A DNA stretch of 63,715 nucleotides, filler included, from Collodictyon triciliatum (GCA_043381765.1; 6 parts of 6 records of this genome joined end to end with filler, not necessarily neighbours in it), one strand, 5' to 3'. Counted from the whole stretch's first letter, positions 40,601-54,620 are shown. Notes: generated by a model not told the origin, from the letters alone. Numbers and translations: made by a program.

Positions 40601-43600
40601 ACAAATGAACACGATAGCCCACGTCCTCGCCCCGTCGCTGATTCATTTCATTTTAGTTTTTATATTATGTGCCACAAAATTAGCTGTGGGGCCAAGAAAA
40701 CCTCGCCGGGAAATTAATTCAAACAAATACAACATGCTTCTATTATATTACAGAAATATAACAAAGTTATCAACGCCAAATGTGTGACGCTTACCGAATT
40801 TTGTCGTCGGTTGACTCATAAAATATACGGACCATCTGAGTGAATGTCAAGGAATATGCTGGCATCACACACCCATTTGCAGCTGCGTTCAGAACACCGA
40901 ATATTGCCCAGCCCATATCGTTTTTAATCAAGTCAAATATTCTAGACATAGGAACGGCAGGTGCATCCTTTTCCACATACTCCTCCTTCTGTTTTTAATT
41001 TTGTTAAGGGACGTAGGTATCCTACGTGAGCTTTTTTTTTTAACATACCTTATCTTCCTCGGCGCGACCTTCTCGACTCGGGGTTTCTTTGTGAGACTCC
41101 TTAAAAACTTCTTTCCGAACGGCAATCTATTTATAACAAAGGTCATTTATCAAACATGTTTTTTAAAAAAGTGATCTTTGAATCGAATAAAGGAAAAAAG
41201 AAAAAAGCGATGGTCATAATAACGATGCGATTGTAATTAAATTGCTTGAAACATACAGAGGAAACGGGTTCTTTCTCATGCGCCTCATCAGATCCCTTGG
41301 TCTGTCGAACAACTAAATTATAATAGTTCCCCATCATGGCCATCAACTGCTCATGTCTCCCAGATTCAACGATGGAGCCTTTATTCAGCACTATAATATT
41401 GTCACACCCTCGGACAGTACTCAGGCGATGCGCAATAATTACGGTCGTTCTTTGGGCCATTGCGCTTTCCAAGGCTGCTTGAACCTTAATTTTTTTCTTA
41501 TATCTCTCCAAAATTCTTTTTTTTTTTTTTACAACTATAGTAAATGAAAAGGGTTTAATGAAGTTTGATGGTAATAAAAAAAAAATACCAATGCTTCACT
41601 TTCGGTGTCCAGTCGCTTGTAGCCTCGTCCAGCAATAGGATAGGTGGATTCTTCAGGATAGCCCTTGCAATTGCAAATCTTTGCTTTTGTCCACCAGAAA
41701 GTTGAACACCGCGCTCACCAACCTGGGTATTGTACCTTATGGAATGTTCTAGTTAATTAAAAATGCGACTGCTTCTTCATTTGCCTATATAGTACGGCAG
41801 AGAAGATATCAAGAGGTCCATGCAATTACCCGTCAGGAAGCTTTGAGATGAACTCATGAGCGTTTGCAATTTTGGCAGCATTAAAAACTTCTTCCTGGAT
41901 TATATGTTTTCGGTTAGTTGAAAAAAGAAACCTAACCTCATTTTTTTAGTTCATTAACATCAAATTGTACCTCAGTTGCATTCACTCTCCCATTCATTAT
42001 ATTATCCTTAATGGAGCCAACAAAAAGAATGGGCTCCTGATGATATTTTGGGAAAAAAATAGGCACATTAGATTATATATTTTCAGATTTGATAACCATC
42101 TTGAGAAAAATAGATAAAACTGTACGAATCGAACCTGACTGACTAAACCAATGTGTTGTCGAAGCCATTTGAGATTGTAATCCTTAATATTGATTCCATC
42201 GATGGTAATAATCCCACCTTCAGGGTCATAGAAACGCTCTAATAATGCGACCTTATGCGACATTTGGAAAGAAAAGAGCCATAAACATCAGGTCAGTGGT
42301 GCGTGGTTCTTCGGTTCCAAACCATCCTTTCAAATATTCTATCCCATGAAAAAGACAAAAATTATACAAAAATAAAAATCATACAACGCTGCTTTTCCCA
42401 CTTCCAGTGCTGCCAACAAGTGCAACTTTTTGGCCGGATGGAATACTAATGTCCAACCCATCAAAAATTGGCATGTCAGGTCGTGATGGGTAGCGGAATT
42501 TCACACCTGAAAGCCTGACATTTCCCTGCTTAATCGGGGTTCTGCATACGTTACAAATATAATATATAAGATACTATATCAGTAACTCCATAACTTTTTT
42601 TAATCTTAGTATTCCTGAACTTTGGAGGTTTTTTCCAAAACGAAGATACATAGTCTACAATAAAATATGTGGTACTTAAGTCCCGAGGGAGATGAAGAGT
42701 CGATGCTGGGAACTCGGTCAATCAAATTATGCACTTTCTTGGCTGCAACTCTTCCATTAGCAATCACACCAAGATTTGGAGAGCCTTGTCCAATCGCCAT
42801 AGCCCCCATTAAAACCGAAAAAAATACTGCCACAACATCACCACCTAAGGAGTGATTGACAGAAAGTAGAATTATTGATTTTTCTGGATAATAGTTTCAC
42901 TATTCATACAATCATTTATATTGACTCTAGAGTTGAAATATTAGACGGGTTTTTGGAAGAAACAAATTTTATGAAAAAAAAAACATAGAAAAATATTTTT
43001 AGGTCTTACCAGTCATAGGCTCTCCAGTCCGAGGACTTTCCTCTCCATCAATAATCAATTCAGCACCATACCTAACACCCGAAAAAAGGTTTCAGTGAAT
43101 ATCATATTTTCACTTAAAAAAAGGTACCAAAGATGTCAAACGCAATTAAAAGTATATGGCACAAACCAGAAGGTTAGGGAGTATGAACCGAACAAAATCA
43201 GCATGGTTAGCCCCAAACTGATACCAGTATATATCCCCTTCTTGATTCCGATGACCTCGGTTTCAGAGAGCTTATTATCATACTTTTCAATCTCCTTCTT
43301 TTCACCAGCAAACGATGCAACGGTGCGGACGCACGATATGATTTCCTCAGCTATTCCCCCAGCCTGGATATGTATTTTGAGACTTTGTTTTTATTCTTAT
43401 CTGCATCACTTAAGAGTTGAACATCATGTATGGATCCTCTGAAATTGTTTCATAAAACAGAAAGGATTACCCCAGCATACGCAGCCTGTGACCTCGTAGC
43501 CAGCTCTCCAAACATTTTCGCCCAGATTCCTCCGGATAAGGCAAGAAGAGGAGCCACCGAAATGATAATCAAGGTCAGCTGCCAGCCCTGGATTTTTTTA

Positions 43601-44951
43601 TATTTCTGTTGTTAGCAAATCGAAGGCCTGAAAAAATATTGTGTTAAATATATTGTAGTATTGTTTGTGAGATACACCTGGGTGAATCCGATGATAAATC
43701 CAAACAAAAAGGTGAAAAAATGGTGGATTGTGTTTCCAACTTTCTCTCCCATGGCTTCTTGGATTTCTATGATATCACTGGTCCAAACACATTTAATATG
43801 GGTGCGTTAAGAGGTACAAGACTACCTTTAATCGCATCGGGTGCTCAAATGACTATTGTTACCATTATTATTATTCTATTCTAAAAACCTTGAAAGAGCA
43901 GAGGTTAGTTCTCCAGTCTTTTGGGTGTCATACCAAGCGATGTCTTGACGAATGATGGCCTTAAAGTATTCCTCTCTGAATAATATTTGCGTAATATATC
44001 AGAAAGTATCTACAATCAAAACCAGCAAATTACTCTTGGGAACAGTATTTGAACCTATAACGGATGGCCTGTCTCTCTCCAGCTGCCATCCAGAGGGCAA
44101 CTTCGGCATATGCGACGAAAATCGCTCCGATTCCGACCATAGCAAAGATGAAAGCAACATCTTCAACCTTAACGTAAAAGAATAAAAGTCTTTTTTTCAA
44201 AACCATATTCAATTAAAGTTGAATAGTCACAGGATGCCTAGATTTGACCTTTCTTTTCCGTAAATAAAGAATCTCATAGTACCTTGTCCAGTACTTCGTC
44301 TTCGGATGAGCTAAGACCATCCAGCAATTCTCCAGATATAACAGAGAAAAGAGGCATCACGGCGCCATTTGCGATGGCACAGATGGACCCGACCACCTGT
44401 TATCCGCACCATCAATCAATAGGAGATGGTAGGAAAAAAATGAAGAAAAAAAAAACAAGTGAACATGGGTGATTTATGGGATTGATACGAGTTTGATTCG
44501 GTGAGTTGACTTGATGAGGTACAAACCATGTAGGCAACATCCCATTTGTCGGCAAAGCGGAAAAGGGAGAGGAAAGGAACCATCTCCTTGGCCACAGGCG
44601 GACCCGGTGGATCTTCATCCTTTTTCTCGTCAGCGACAACCTTGACCTGGTGAATGTGATGCGTAAGTATGTGATTAAGAAACAGACATGCACTCAGAAG
44701 CAATCTCATTCATCATCTGCACTAGGAGAAAATAAAAACTGATACATCAAAAAGGTAGGAGGTAAAATGAGAAAATGATGAAAACCAATTAAAATGGTTT
44801 GATTTGTCTAGAGATGATTGACCTCCACAGCAACTGAAGGGTTAGAACGAGGTCGCCCAAACTGGTCCTTGACTGTCTGTGCGGCCATCGGTTGCGAGAC
44901 AGATGATTGATTCCCAGATATTAAAGGCGATTGTCCGTTCGACATTTGCAT
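37654..44951 (-). CDS. ABCB1-like: Full-length ABCB (MDR/P-glycoprotein) transporter, >20 exons, with one apparent 1-nt frameshift at ~41613
   Basis: TMD-NBD-TMD-NBD layout: [23 protein letters not shown] and GSSGSGKS Walker A, two LSGGQKQR signatures, [19 protein letters not shown]. Confidence 0.95.
40343..40404 (+). mobile_element. Family A micro-retroposon, 19-bp TSD with 2 mismatches, in an ABCB intron
   Basis: AACGTGATTGTGTAGATTT / AACATGATTCTGTAGATTT flank CTTTGAATCGAACAAAGGGG-An. Confidence 0.88.
41165..41211 (+). mobile_element. Family A micro-retroposon, 11-bp TSD at a TT/AAAAAA site, in an ABCB intron
   Basis: AAAAAAGTGAT / AAAAAAGCGAT flank CTTTGAATCGAATAAAGGAAAAAAG. Confidence 0.85.
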
Positions 44952-46099
44952 CCTACTGATTTATTTTAACTTATGATATGAGAATCTGGGCTTAAGAAAA
45001 ATAGGATATCGACTAAAAATTAAAATTTTTAAAAATACATTATGAATGATACAAACGCTGAAAAAGATAAAGAGGAGGCAAGAAAGACAGACGTATGAGT
45101 ATTTATGTAGTGGGCAAAGGAGAAAAAGAACTCTGATTAGCTACCACATCACTGTAAATAAAATTTTAAAAAACGCTGCACATCTGTAGTATGTTGTCAG
45201 CTCTCTGAAAACTAAAAGAACATAGATGAATCGTTGTCAAAGTTTCGTATGAAGGCCAGACAACTTACTTTGAATCACTTGCATAGGCTCCATAGGATTG
45301 ATGTCCATCAGCGAGTTCTTTCAAGAGCGGCTGAGAGGGCGATGTAGCCATCTGTCACGAAGAGGATTTAAGTGGCATTATGTCAAACCCACATCCTTTT
45401 TTGCTTGTGCCTTTTCCCTTTCATCAACCTCGGTAGTCGGTGCTCAAATCGATCGACTTCTCTGATGCTTTTTTTTTGTCCGGTTTGATTATTTTAATTG
45501 AAGTGTTCGACTGCAAACTTTCATAAAGGCTGGATGGTCACTAATTCATTATAATTCATGACAACGACTTAAAGCTATGACCACAAGAACTTGGACACAC
45601 GGTATTCTTTGAATCAATGGCAGCAGGATAGGTGTCGATAGGGTTACCCACGCTGACAGGGCATACCGTACTAATTTTACTGTGATTTTGTTCTTTCACA
45701 CATAATTTCCCTTCTTGCGTGTTTTGATTTTTGCCTTTGACTCGAATAAATAGAATAAAAAATTGTTTGCATTGTTGTATTGTAAACTACATATTATGGA
45801 GTTAACGATACAACACGCAATCATTTAGTTGTCAAACCCAGCGCGTTGTTCTGTTTTTCTCACAGATTTTATTAAACTTTCTGAACTTACACCGCATTAT
45901 GTGAATGGGGCGCAAAAAGCTCACGATTGGCATTAGATTTGATTTCTGGGTTTTTTTTTTTTCAATTTTTTTTTACTAAAAAAAAAATACAAGATTTATT
46001 TGAAAAGGGTTCAATATTTTGGCACCCAGGGCAAAAATCTGGTGTCAGTGTCTGGCATCTAGTTGGATTCACTTTTCTTTTCATCCCCAAACGCCCGAC

Positions 46100-46331
46100 A
46101 AGATAGAGTGATGCAACGACATTACCCACGCCTCCTGTTCGTACCAGAAAAGCTCGATGACGAAGAGTATCTTCGTTGATGGCTGCCATTCTATTCCTAG
46201 CTTTGGAGAGTCAAGACGGAGCCTGTCGGCCCATCATGAAACAAACCTTGTACTTGAGGAAGTTGGATATTCGAACCAAAGCCAAAACATACATTATCTT
46301 GCACAAACTGAAAGGAAGAATAAAAAAAAAA
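46100..46331 (+). mobile_element. Degenerate longer family B copy (left boundary uncertain)
   Basis: Ends CCAAAGCCAAAAC..ATCTTGCACAAACTGAAAGGAAGAAT-A10. A weak peptide ESQDGAC resembles QAQDSGC of the 49.9-kb copy. Confidence 0.65.
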
Positions 46332-46533
46332 GCAGGTGATTGAGTAATTCCTTATTTCTTGCGCCGTCCCAATCCCATGCTCTCATATTCCCAAAGAATA
46401 GTCAAGTCCCTGCATGAATCGTCAGTGCGACATGGGCTATGGTTCAATGCAAATGTAAGTCAGAGTATTGCGTCTGGACTCTCATTTATGAAGTGGGTTT
46501 GCGAACCAAGCCCCTGTTATCCGCATGAATTAG

Positions 46534-46731
46534 ATTTACAATGGTGTACCAATCAGCCAGTTGGGACGCCCGCCCGACCAACTCACTATCACTGACTTCT
46601 TTCTGGTGCTAGCTTCCCCACAATTGTGTCTTCTCCTATTCGCGTTTGCTCTCTATGTCGCTCCCTTTTTATGACACAACCTCGCTGAACTTTGAATTGA
46701 ATAAAGGAAAGAAAAAATTTACAATGGCGCA
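46534..46731 (+). mobile_element. ~170-bp 5'-truncated family A copy with 15-bp TSD
   Basis: ATTTACAATGGTGTA / ATTTACAATGGCGCA flanks. The body aligns with 13210-13390 and encodes QPVGRPPDQLTITDFF-like peptide. It ends CTTTGAATTGAATAAAGG-An. Confidence 0.88.
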
Positions 46732-47105
46732 GGGACAACATCGAGTTTATTGGTGTTTTTTTTTTGGGACTAGAAATCTTGTCGTCTCCTAAATGGACAA
46801 GCTTTCTGTACTAGTAATTATTTAAATTATATGAAGAAAAGAAGTCTAATAAAAAGCGGTCTAAGGGGAAATCTTCGGATTAATTGCACGAAAACGGGCG
46901 AAGTTAAACCGGTTTGAAAGGGCACTCATCAAACATAAGTTATTTATTTATTTATTTATTTATTTGTTTTTTTTTTTGTTAATTTATTCTCCTCTTTTGC
47001 TCGAGGCAGCAGAACTTTCACTCAATCGCCAAAGTCCTTTGAAATGAAAAAAGAAAACGGAGAGAAATCAGTAGTTGTGGATGAAAATTCAATCTGGGTT
47101 GCTCC

Positions 47106-49407
47106 TCATAAAGGAGAGACATACTCGCCTACTTTCATCCATTTTAGATGTGATGTTTTTGCTCTGGCCGTCTGCCATATGTCAACTCCTTTTCTGTTTT
47201 CCTGTGCCATCTTGGATATCTCTGCCCAAACATCTTCAAATTGTCGGTCCACGCCCCAAATACGTGTGCAGTACTCCTCAGAAAGGTCAACCTCCTCCAC
47301 CTCTTCGAAGTCTTCAAATTTGCCCATTATGTCAAGCAACATAAAGGCGGACAAACGCTCGTTGGGGACATTTTTCCAGCATCCGTCGACGATGGTGTAA
47401 ATAAAAGTTGGATTTTCTGTTGGGAAAGGAAGTCTGTGACCCGTTATTAAAACACTGGATATTTGATTTTCTAAGGGAAAAGAAGAGAAAGGCTCCTTCC
47501 TTGTTCGCATCGCCCATAGGAGCGTTCCAATTGCAAAGATGTCTGCGGCCTTCTGATTCTTGACATACGCACAAAAAAACTCCGGGGTGCCCCAGTTAGT
47601 GGTTCCCTTGGTATCGGAGGGAGATTCCATTCTGCGGGTGAGTCTCTTGGACAAACCAAAGTCAGATATTTTTGCAACGCCATTGAAAATCAAGATATTA
47701 TCGGTCTTCAAATCGCGATGAACAACGCCATTCGAGTGGAGATGGGCGAGCCCAGAAAGAATGTGTTTGGTGTATTTCTTGCAGCGAAGATACACCTCTT
47801 TATTACTGACGCCAGCCCATTTTCTTTCAATTTCGTCCTTGAGTGACCAATCTGCCAGCTCCATAATATAGCACATGTGTTCGTATGGACCTACATGTTG
47901 GCATAGGATGACTGAATCCAGTATTTGCATCAAATTTACATGTGGATCGATTTTACTGGTGATATCAAACTCTCGTAACTTCTCCGTCCTTTCCTCAGCT
48001 GTGCCAGTGTAATCACCCTGCCAAAAATTGGCATTCATGGGGATCTTAATTGCACACTTTTTCCCCTTGTACAGAATCTCAAATACAAGACCAAATCCTC
48101 CAACCCCACGCACCGGAGAATTAGGCAGCAAATTCCCATCGATGATCTCTCCTCCCTTGGTTTTCATCGTTTGCAGCTTAATTTTGCTTAGGCATTCAAA
48201 GACCTTCGTCTGCCTGTCCTCCATCTTGGTGAACGATATTTTTTCTGGTACCTGATCATACAGCATTCCTTGTGTATGAAGAACTTCCTTTGTTACTGCG
48301 ACATTATCCTAGGTGGGATGAGTTGGTTACGACTATTGTTATTACAAAATATTGGAAAATCTTTCTCATGCACTGTTGCGATTTATTTAAGATCAATATA
48401 TATTCAATTTACAAGAGGAGTAGAATCGTTCACAATTCTTCTGGTATCGCTTAGGGTTAGCTTCCTAAGGGCATCGCTGATTTGGAGTTCCCCGCATATA
48501 ACAGTGTTATTCCAACAGGGTAGGCTTGAAATGCCCTTCGGTCCACTCGTAATTGATATTGCTCCATTAGCGTCTTGTATGTAAAAGTAATCCAGTCTTT
48601 TCAGACAGGTTAAACCCTGAGGGAGCTCACGAATCTATTTTTAGATATGGTGGGGTTATATGTATGAAGATTAAAACAATGCAAAATGAAAAGCATGAGC
48701 AATATTATCTATTATTCATGTATTTATCTTTTGCCCACACACAAACAAACCGTATTTCCTGACACATTCAGTTCCAACAAGCCCGTTAAGAACGAAATTG
48801 TGTCTGGAATAGCTGTAATTTTAATGTTCTCCATAGTGAAGCATGTTAAATTGGTCAAACATGATATTCCATCTGGAAAACTGGCTATCTGATTGTCACC
48901 GATTGCAAAGAAACCGAGCTGCACAAGGCACGATATTCCTTGCGGTAGCTTGGCGATTTTGTTCCCAGCCACGCGAAGAGAAACCATATTTGTCAGCACT
49001 GATATTCCCTCGGGCAGGGCAGTCAGCTGGTTTCGTGAGACATCGAATTCCTTCAGTTTAACCAGGCGAGAAATCTGCTCGGGAATCTCAGTGATCTCAT
49101 TGCTGTCCAGCTGAAAGAGCTCCAGCCTTTCCAGTAGAAACACAGCCTCGCAGACAAGCCTTATCTTATTGCTGAATAGCTGCAGTTCTGTCAGGCGCGT
49201 GAGAAGCGAGATCCAGTCGGGCACAGAGGCAATGTGGTTGTCGTTCAGATCCAACTGAAAGAGCCTTGTCAACAGCGAAATCCCAGAAGGCACCTGCGCG
49301 AGTCCTCGTCGCTGCATATCCAGTCTTCGGCATTCTGGGAGGGGCTTGCCCGGCTTTTCCCAGGAGGCGCCAAGCTGCTTCAACTCGTCCATGAGGGCTT
49401 CGGCCAT
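47106..49407 (-). CDS. Cytoplasmic LRR-repeat protein kinase (TKL-like), 3 exons
   Basis: About nine 23-aa LRRs (LxxLxLxxNxIxxxPxxIS) spliced via GT-AG introns to a kinase with GVGGFG, AIKIP, HRDLKTDN, DFG, GTTNWGTPE. No signal or TM segment seen. Confidence 0.9.
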
Positions 49408-49819
49408 CGGCGCTCGCTTGCTTGCTTGCTGGCTTGTGTTTGTTCTCTGTCTGCAGTTCGGGGAAGCGGTCTCAATGAGGAAATGTTCTGGGTGGCAACG
49501 AGTAGGTTTGGTTTTGCAAGGAAATGTGTTCAATGTGATTTCTGGTTCGCGCGCTAGGCTTTTAAATTGTGGAGAAGATTTAATGTTATGGGTATGTTGC
49601 GTGAGATGTTAACAGTAGGTATTTGTATGTTTTCATATGAATGTTCAATTTTTTAAAAAATTTTGGAATATGTATAAGATTCGGTAGCTTGGGGTGTTAC
49701 TTGCAGCAGCATCTAGGCAAGCTTCCATCGGCCTGAAAGTACGCCAGCAAATCTCCATGCCTTGGGGTTGCCTCATGCGAACCCTGGGGAATGTGTTTAA
49801 TCAGCTGCAGGGGTTCGAT

Positions 49820-50090
49820 GATTTTCTTATTCTATCTTTCAATTTGCGCGGGATGGTGGAGGTGTTTTTTTTTGGCTTTGGCTTTGGCTCGCTAGCCTTC
49901 GTTTGCGTGGACGCTACCTGGAAGCCGCTGAAGAAGACGCAGTTGGTAATCAGGAATTGCATCCTGCGTTTTGTCGTACATCCTGAGTCTTGCGCTTGCA
50001 TGAGTGAGATAAGACGGGACTTAACCTCTTTCTCGGCCTTTTTTCCACATGTTCCTTCCTACAGGGTCTATCCAGAAAAAGATAAAAGTT
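49820..50090 (-). mobile_element. Longer 5'-truncated family B non-LTR copy
   Basis: The reverse strand ends CCTCCACCATCCCGCGCAAATTGAAAGATAGAATAAGAAAA, and the body is homologous to 9560-9750. Confidence 0.8.
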
Positions 50091-51089
50091 CGGAGCTGGA
50101 AAATATTATATTTTATACTTTTGTGACTATTTACCAGATAATTTAACCAATTTTCCAATTTGAAAAATAACTATAGATATAGATATGCAACATAAGAGCC
50201 TATCAAAACCCTAATTTGTGCGGATACATACTGCGCTTGTGCCCTTTTCAACAAAATCCAGATATGTTCAAATAAACTAAATTTTCTGTAAAATACCTTT
50301 ACATGGAACAAGTTCTGTACCAATAAAACGTCCTATTTGTATATTTTCATTGAATATAGTGCGTTCCATAACATCATACTTATATGGAAAATGAGATTGG
50401 ACGAATCTGGAATCCATGAAAAACACCCTTTGGGTGCGGCTGTCTGCGTGTTTTTCAAAGTACATCAAAGTGGCACACATGCGAATCCGACGGAATCTGC
50501 GAGTGATCGATCGTGAACGGCTCATAAAAACAAAACAGAGCAGAGTTGTGCGGGACTCTGGCGTTTTTGTGTGGAAGTTGCCTGTGTCTGTGGGTTTTGT
50601 CCTTGGTTGGTGCTGGGCGATATTTGCCGATTCGAAGAAGTGTTTGGACACGTCAGCTGTGTGCTGTTTGGGCTGCTTTATGAAAGAGAGAGGAAGAAAT
50701 AAAAAAAAAAAGGAAAAAGGAAAAAGAAAGAACTTATAGGCTAGTCGAATAAATAATATAAAATAAAACATATATATCCGACACGTATTAAAAGTAATAG
50801 TAAAGAAAAGAAATAAGGAAACTCTGGTTGGTTGGTTGGGGAGAGTATTTGTGAGGCCAGAAGAAGAACGTCTGGACGTATGTCTCGCTATTTTTTCCCT
50901 TTTTTCTTCATTTTTTTTTCATTCTCAAACGATTCTGTGCGTGGCTGTGCTGTTGAGCGTGTTTGACTTTTTTTTTTTTTAAAAAAAAAAAGCAGAAGGA
51001 AAGATAACTAATACCACACCATTCGATCACTCGCAGCTCAAAGCGAACCGGACTGTTATTAATATTTTTTAATAGCCCCCTTTCCATAG

Positions 51090-54000
51090 GGTCTTCTCAG
51101 CAAAAGTACGAAACAGTAAATCAAGGAAAGAAGGAAGAACAGGAACTACCGGGTCAAGTGCCTACTTCTCGAAGCATATGCAAGCCGAACAAAAAAGAAG
51201 CAGGTTTATTCCGTGCCACAGATTTAATAAATCATACACTTATACTTTTTCCAAATGCCTGTGCATGAAGCAATGATAACGATACCATTCTTTCTTTTTC
51301 TTTTTCTTTTTCCCTCTTTCTCTTCTTTATCCTTATATTTATCTTTATCCAGTGGTTATCTCTCAGGCGTGACTCAATGGCTGCCGTCTGTTGTCCCTGC
51401 GACTTTGCAAGGCCTCTCGTCATACGTCCCTGATCCTGTGCGAGTTTATTTTCCTGCCGCGCCCTTGGCTCAATCTCTGAAAGAGCAGATCATATATTCG
51501 TCCTTCTATGAGTCGAGCGGATTTTATGAAAGGTAATATTGAGAGGCAGACATAAATCTCAAATGATTTCATATAAACTTCCCGTCTTAATTCATATTTT
51601 TAAATATGAAAGCTTATATTCTATTATATTCAACCCAAGATCAATTAGCTTATCAACTTTTTTGATTCGCAGAACAATATATCTATTGTTGGGAATGTCA
51701 AGCGGATTTCAAGTTTGGGACTTGAAGGAGATGAAAGAGGCGTACTCTAAACGTGATGCACCAACTCGTTCTATACACGTACCACATAAATCGATTCTAC
51801 TCTGAAGAAATTTTCTTGCTTTTTATTTTTTATTTTTTATTATCTGTGGATTATTCCAATAAAAATGCATATTCCAGAAATTGAGATTAGGCGAATGTGT
51901 AACAATTTTTAATCACTAATTATTTTCTATTCCATTTTTATCACAACCTCTCCTTCATCCAATTAAATTCCAATTTGAATGACTATCTAAGATGTGGGAG
52001 GATGCATCCCCGAGAAATCCTGAATCTGGCTTAAATGCCTTTTTTTTCATTCTGTAATTCTTTTTCCTTTTGATTTTTCTGCATTTACATGTAATAGATA
52101 GTGTCTTATATTACTCGATAATATAATAATGTATCTATTTTTCTCTGGAAACATACTAAATGAAAAAAAATTATCCCCATAGATCAACTGGCGATGACCC
52201 GTCTTTTCCTAGGAATCACATTAAAGTGTTTTCGATTCAGAAGGGAGACTATGTAGAAAGAATCAGATTCGAGACTGAAATATATTCTGTTTGTACGACA
52301 ACCAAGTACATGTTTGTTGTAAGTATCTTTCTCCTACACAAGCGATTTCTCTTGATTGATTTTTTTTTTTAAAAAAAAAAACTCATGTCTGGCCTTTAAG
52401 GTCTCATATCGAATATATATATATATATAAACACATAGAGCTTGAAAGACAAGATACATGGGATTTCTATGGAAAGTTTCAAATCGGTTATATCGTTCCC
52501 GTGTTATCCAAATATCCCTCCGTCCCTTCATGATACTGCTACGCCTGCCAGGGGTGTTTTTGCGATATCGACAAGATGGATAGGTACGAGTGCATTTTTT
52601 AATATTATTTCCCTGTTTTATTTTGAACAATATATATATCTAATCCATGACAAAAATAAATGACTCTGAGGGTATTCTGGTTTTTAGAAACGAGATGGAT
52701 TCATAAATATTATGCTGCTTAATTGGCTCACTTGTATTTTTTCTTCTCTAATAGCATATGCATCCACGACATCGGCAACGAAACACAGAGACATGAATCA
52801 TGAAAGCGATGCAATATATTCGCTTGCAAAAGATTTTGCGAATGGAATATATGCTCTGGGTGATATGGGCGCTAGAAAAGTAAACAGTATTCTCATGAAA
52901 GAACCTGTAGCACAAGTGGTACACTCGCCTGAGCTAACGCACGCCTCTCGCATGGAGGCTAATTCTGGAATAGTATGCTTCATGTCTTCGAAAACTTAGC
53001 TTCTTTCTGTCTCTCGTTACATTTTTTTCATTTTTTTTCGAAGAGTGTAATATTGACCTACTTTCATACCTCCGATAACCCCCTTAAAACAAAGAAATAC
53101 ATCATGCAGAGCTCTTGATTTTACTGACTGCATTTTATGTTTTGTTTTGATGCGTTTCCTATTTATTTTATATTTTATTTTCTCCTTCAGGTGATAATTC
53201 GTGATATGGAGACGCAGGAAATCATCGCACACTTTGCAGCTCATGAAAAGCCATTAAGCTTGTTAAAATTCAACCCAAGTGGGACCCTGGTAATATATTT
53301 GCGCTCTTGCAATAAGTTCTCTTCGTTCAAGGAAATTAATATGTTTTTGAAACAAAATTGACTCGTACAAATACTCTCATCACTTCCTTTAAAAATCACA
53401 AAACTTGGCGTATGTTCACCTCTTTCTATCATAAAAAAAAATAACTGGTGATTTATCCATAGTTGGCTACTGTGTCTGTCTCTGGGAACCACATCAATAT
53501 TTTTAAAATTAATCCGGGAAATGCATCGAACTCGGTCCATCACTTGTACAGATTTTCTCGTGGTATGATATCTGCTCAAATTCATGTAAGTAAAATGAAA
53601 TCATGAGCTTTAAATTCTGCCAAACGATATGAAACAATTAACTCAAAAAAAAAAGCCATACCTCATTCTGATTTGTCTCAGTGATGATTTCTTCCACTTG
53701 GTTTTCTTTTTTCTGAACCCCTCTGTCCTTTTTTATATTTGACAGGGTTTCCTTTCCTTATTCCCTTTTTTTTCCTTGTAATTTGATTCCTCTGGATTAT
53801 GTTGATACATTCTATGAACTGATATATAGGATGTATCATTCAGCGCTGACAGCAAATGGTTGACTGTCCTCTCTACTAGAGGAACCGCCCGTAAGTTTGT
53901 GTCAACTTGCACTTACCTGTTCATATATGCACATGATGGTTATGATGTAATGGGGCGCTCTACGTAACAATAAATGTAATCCATCATCTACATATGCATA

Positions 54001-54322
54001 CTGATGTTGTCTGCTCAATTTTCCATGGTTTTCTCATTTGCAGATATTTTCGGTCTTAATCCCCAAGGAGGAGTAGCGACCCCCGAAAGTCATGTGAGAA
54101 ATGAGAGTACGTCTCAGTCAGTCCATCGAACGAAGGCTTTCCCCAAAACTAAATATAAACTTGTTATTTTTATTTTTAATAACCACCAATTAACTAATCT
54201 TCCATGTATTCATCTAATAACTCCTAACCCAGCAGAGTCAAAAGTTGGACATTACAGACAGAGAAAATCATCGTTTAGCTGTGATGTCAGTGAATTATAT
54301 GAAATATAAGCATCAAGGAGCG
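51090..54322 (+). CDS. BCAS3: BCAS3 / ATG18-family WD40 phosphoinositide-binding protein (start uncertain, 3' end cut off)
   Basis: LLLGMSSGFQVWD, FAISTRWI|AYA, IIAHFAAHEKPLSLLKFNPSGTL|LATVS, HLYRFSRG, DVSFSADSKWLTVLSTRGTA|HIFGLNPQGG. Confidence 0.85.
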
Positions 54323-54564
54323 GTAATTATTATGCTTATTTAAATCACATTTTTCAAAAAAAAAAAAAAAAAAAAAAAAAGAAACCCAAAAAAAAAAAAA
54401 CCCCCAACACAAAAAAAAAAAACAAAGAATTAATATAAAAAAAAANNNNNNNNNNNNNNNNNNNNNNNNNNNNNNNNNNNNNNNNNNNNTTAATTAATTA
54501 ANNNNNNNNNNNNNNNNNNNNNNNNNNNNNNNNNNNNNNNNNNNNAAAAAAAAAAAAAAATAAA

Positions 54565-54620
<56 letters not shown>

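Noticed and set aside
45735-45765. Further possible micro-retroposon tails (45735, and also ~2936 and ~13487)
   Set aside because: The cores are partial and the TSDs too decayed to count with confidence.
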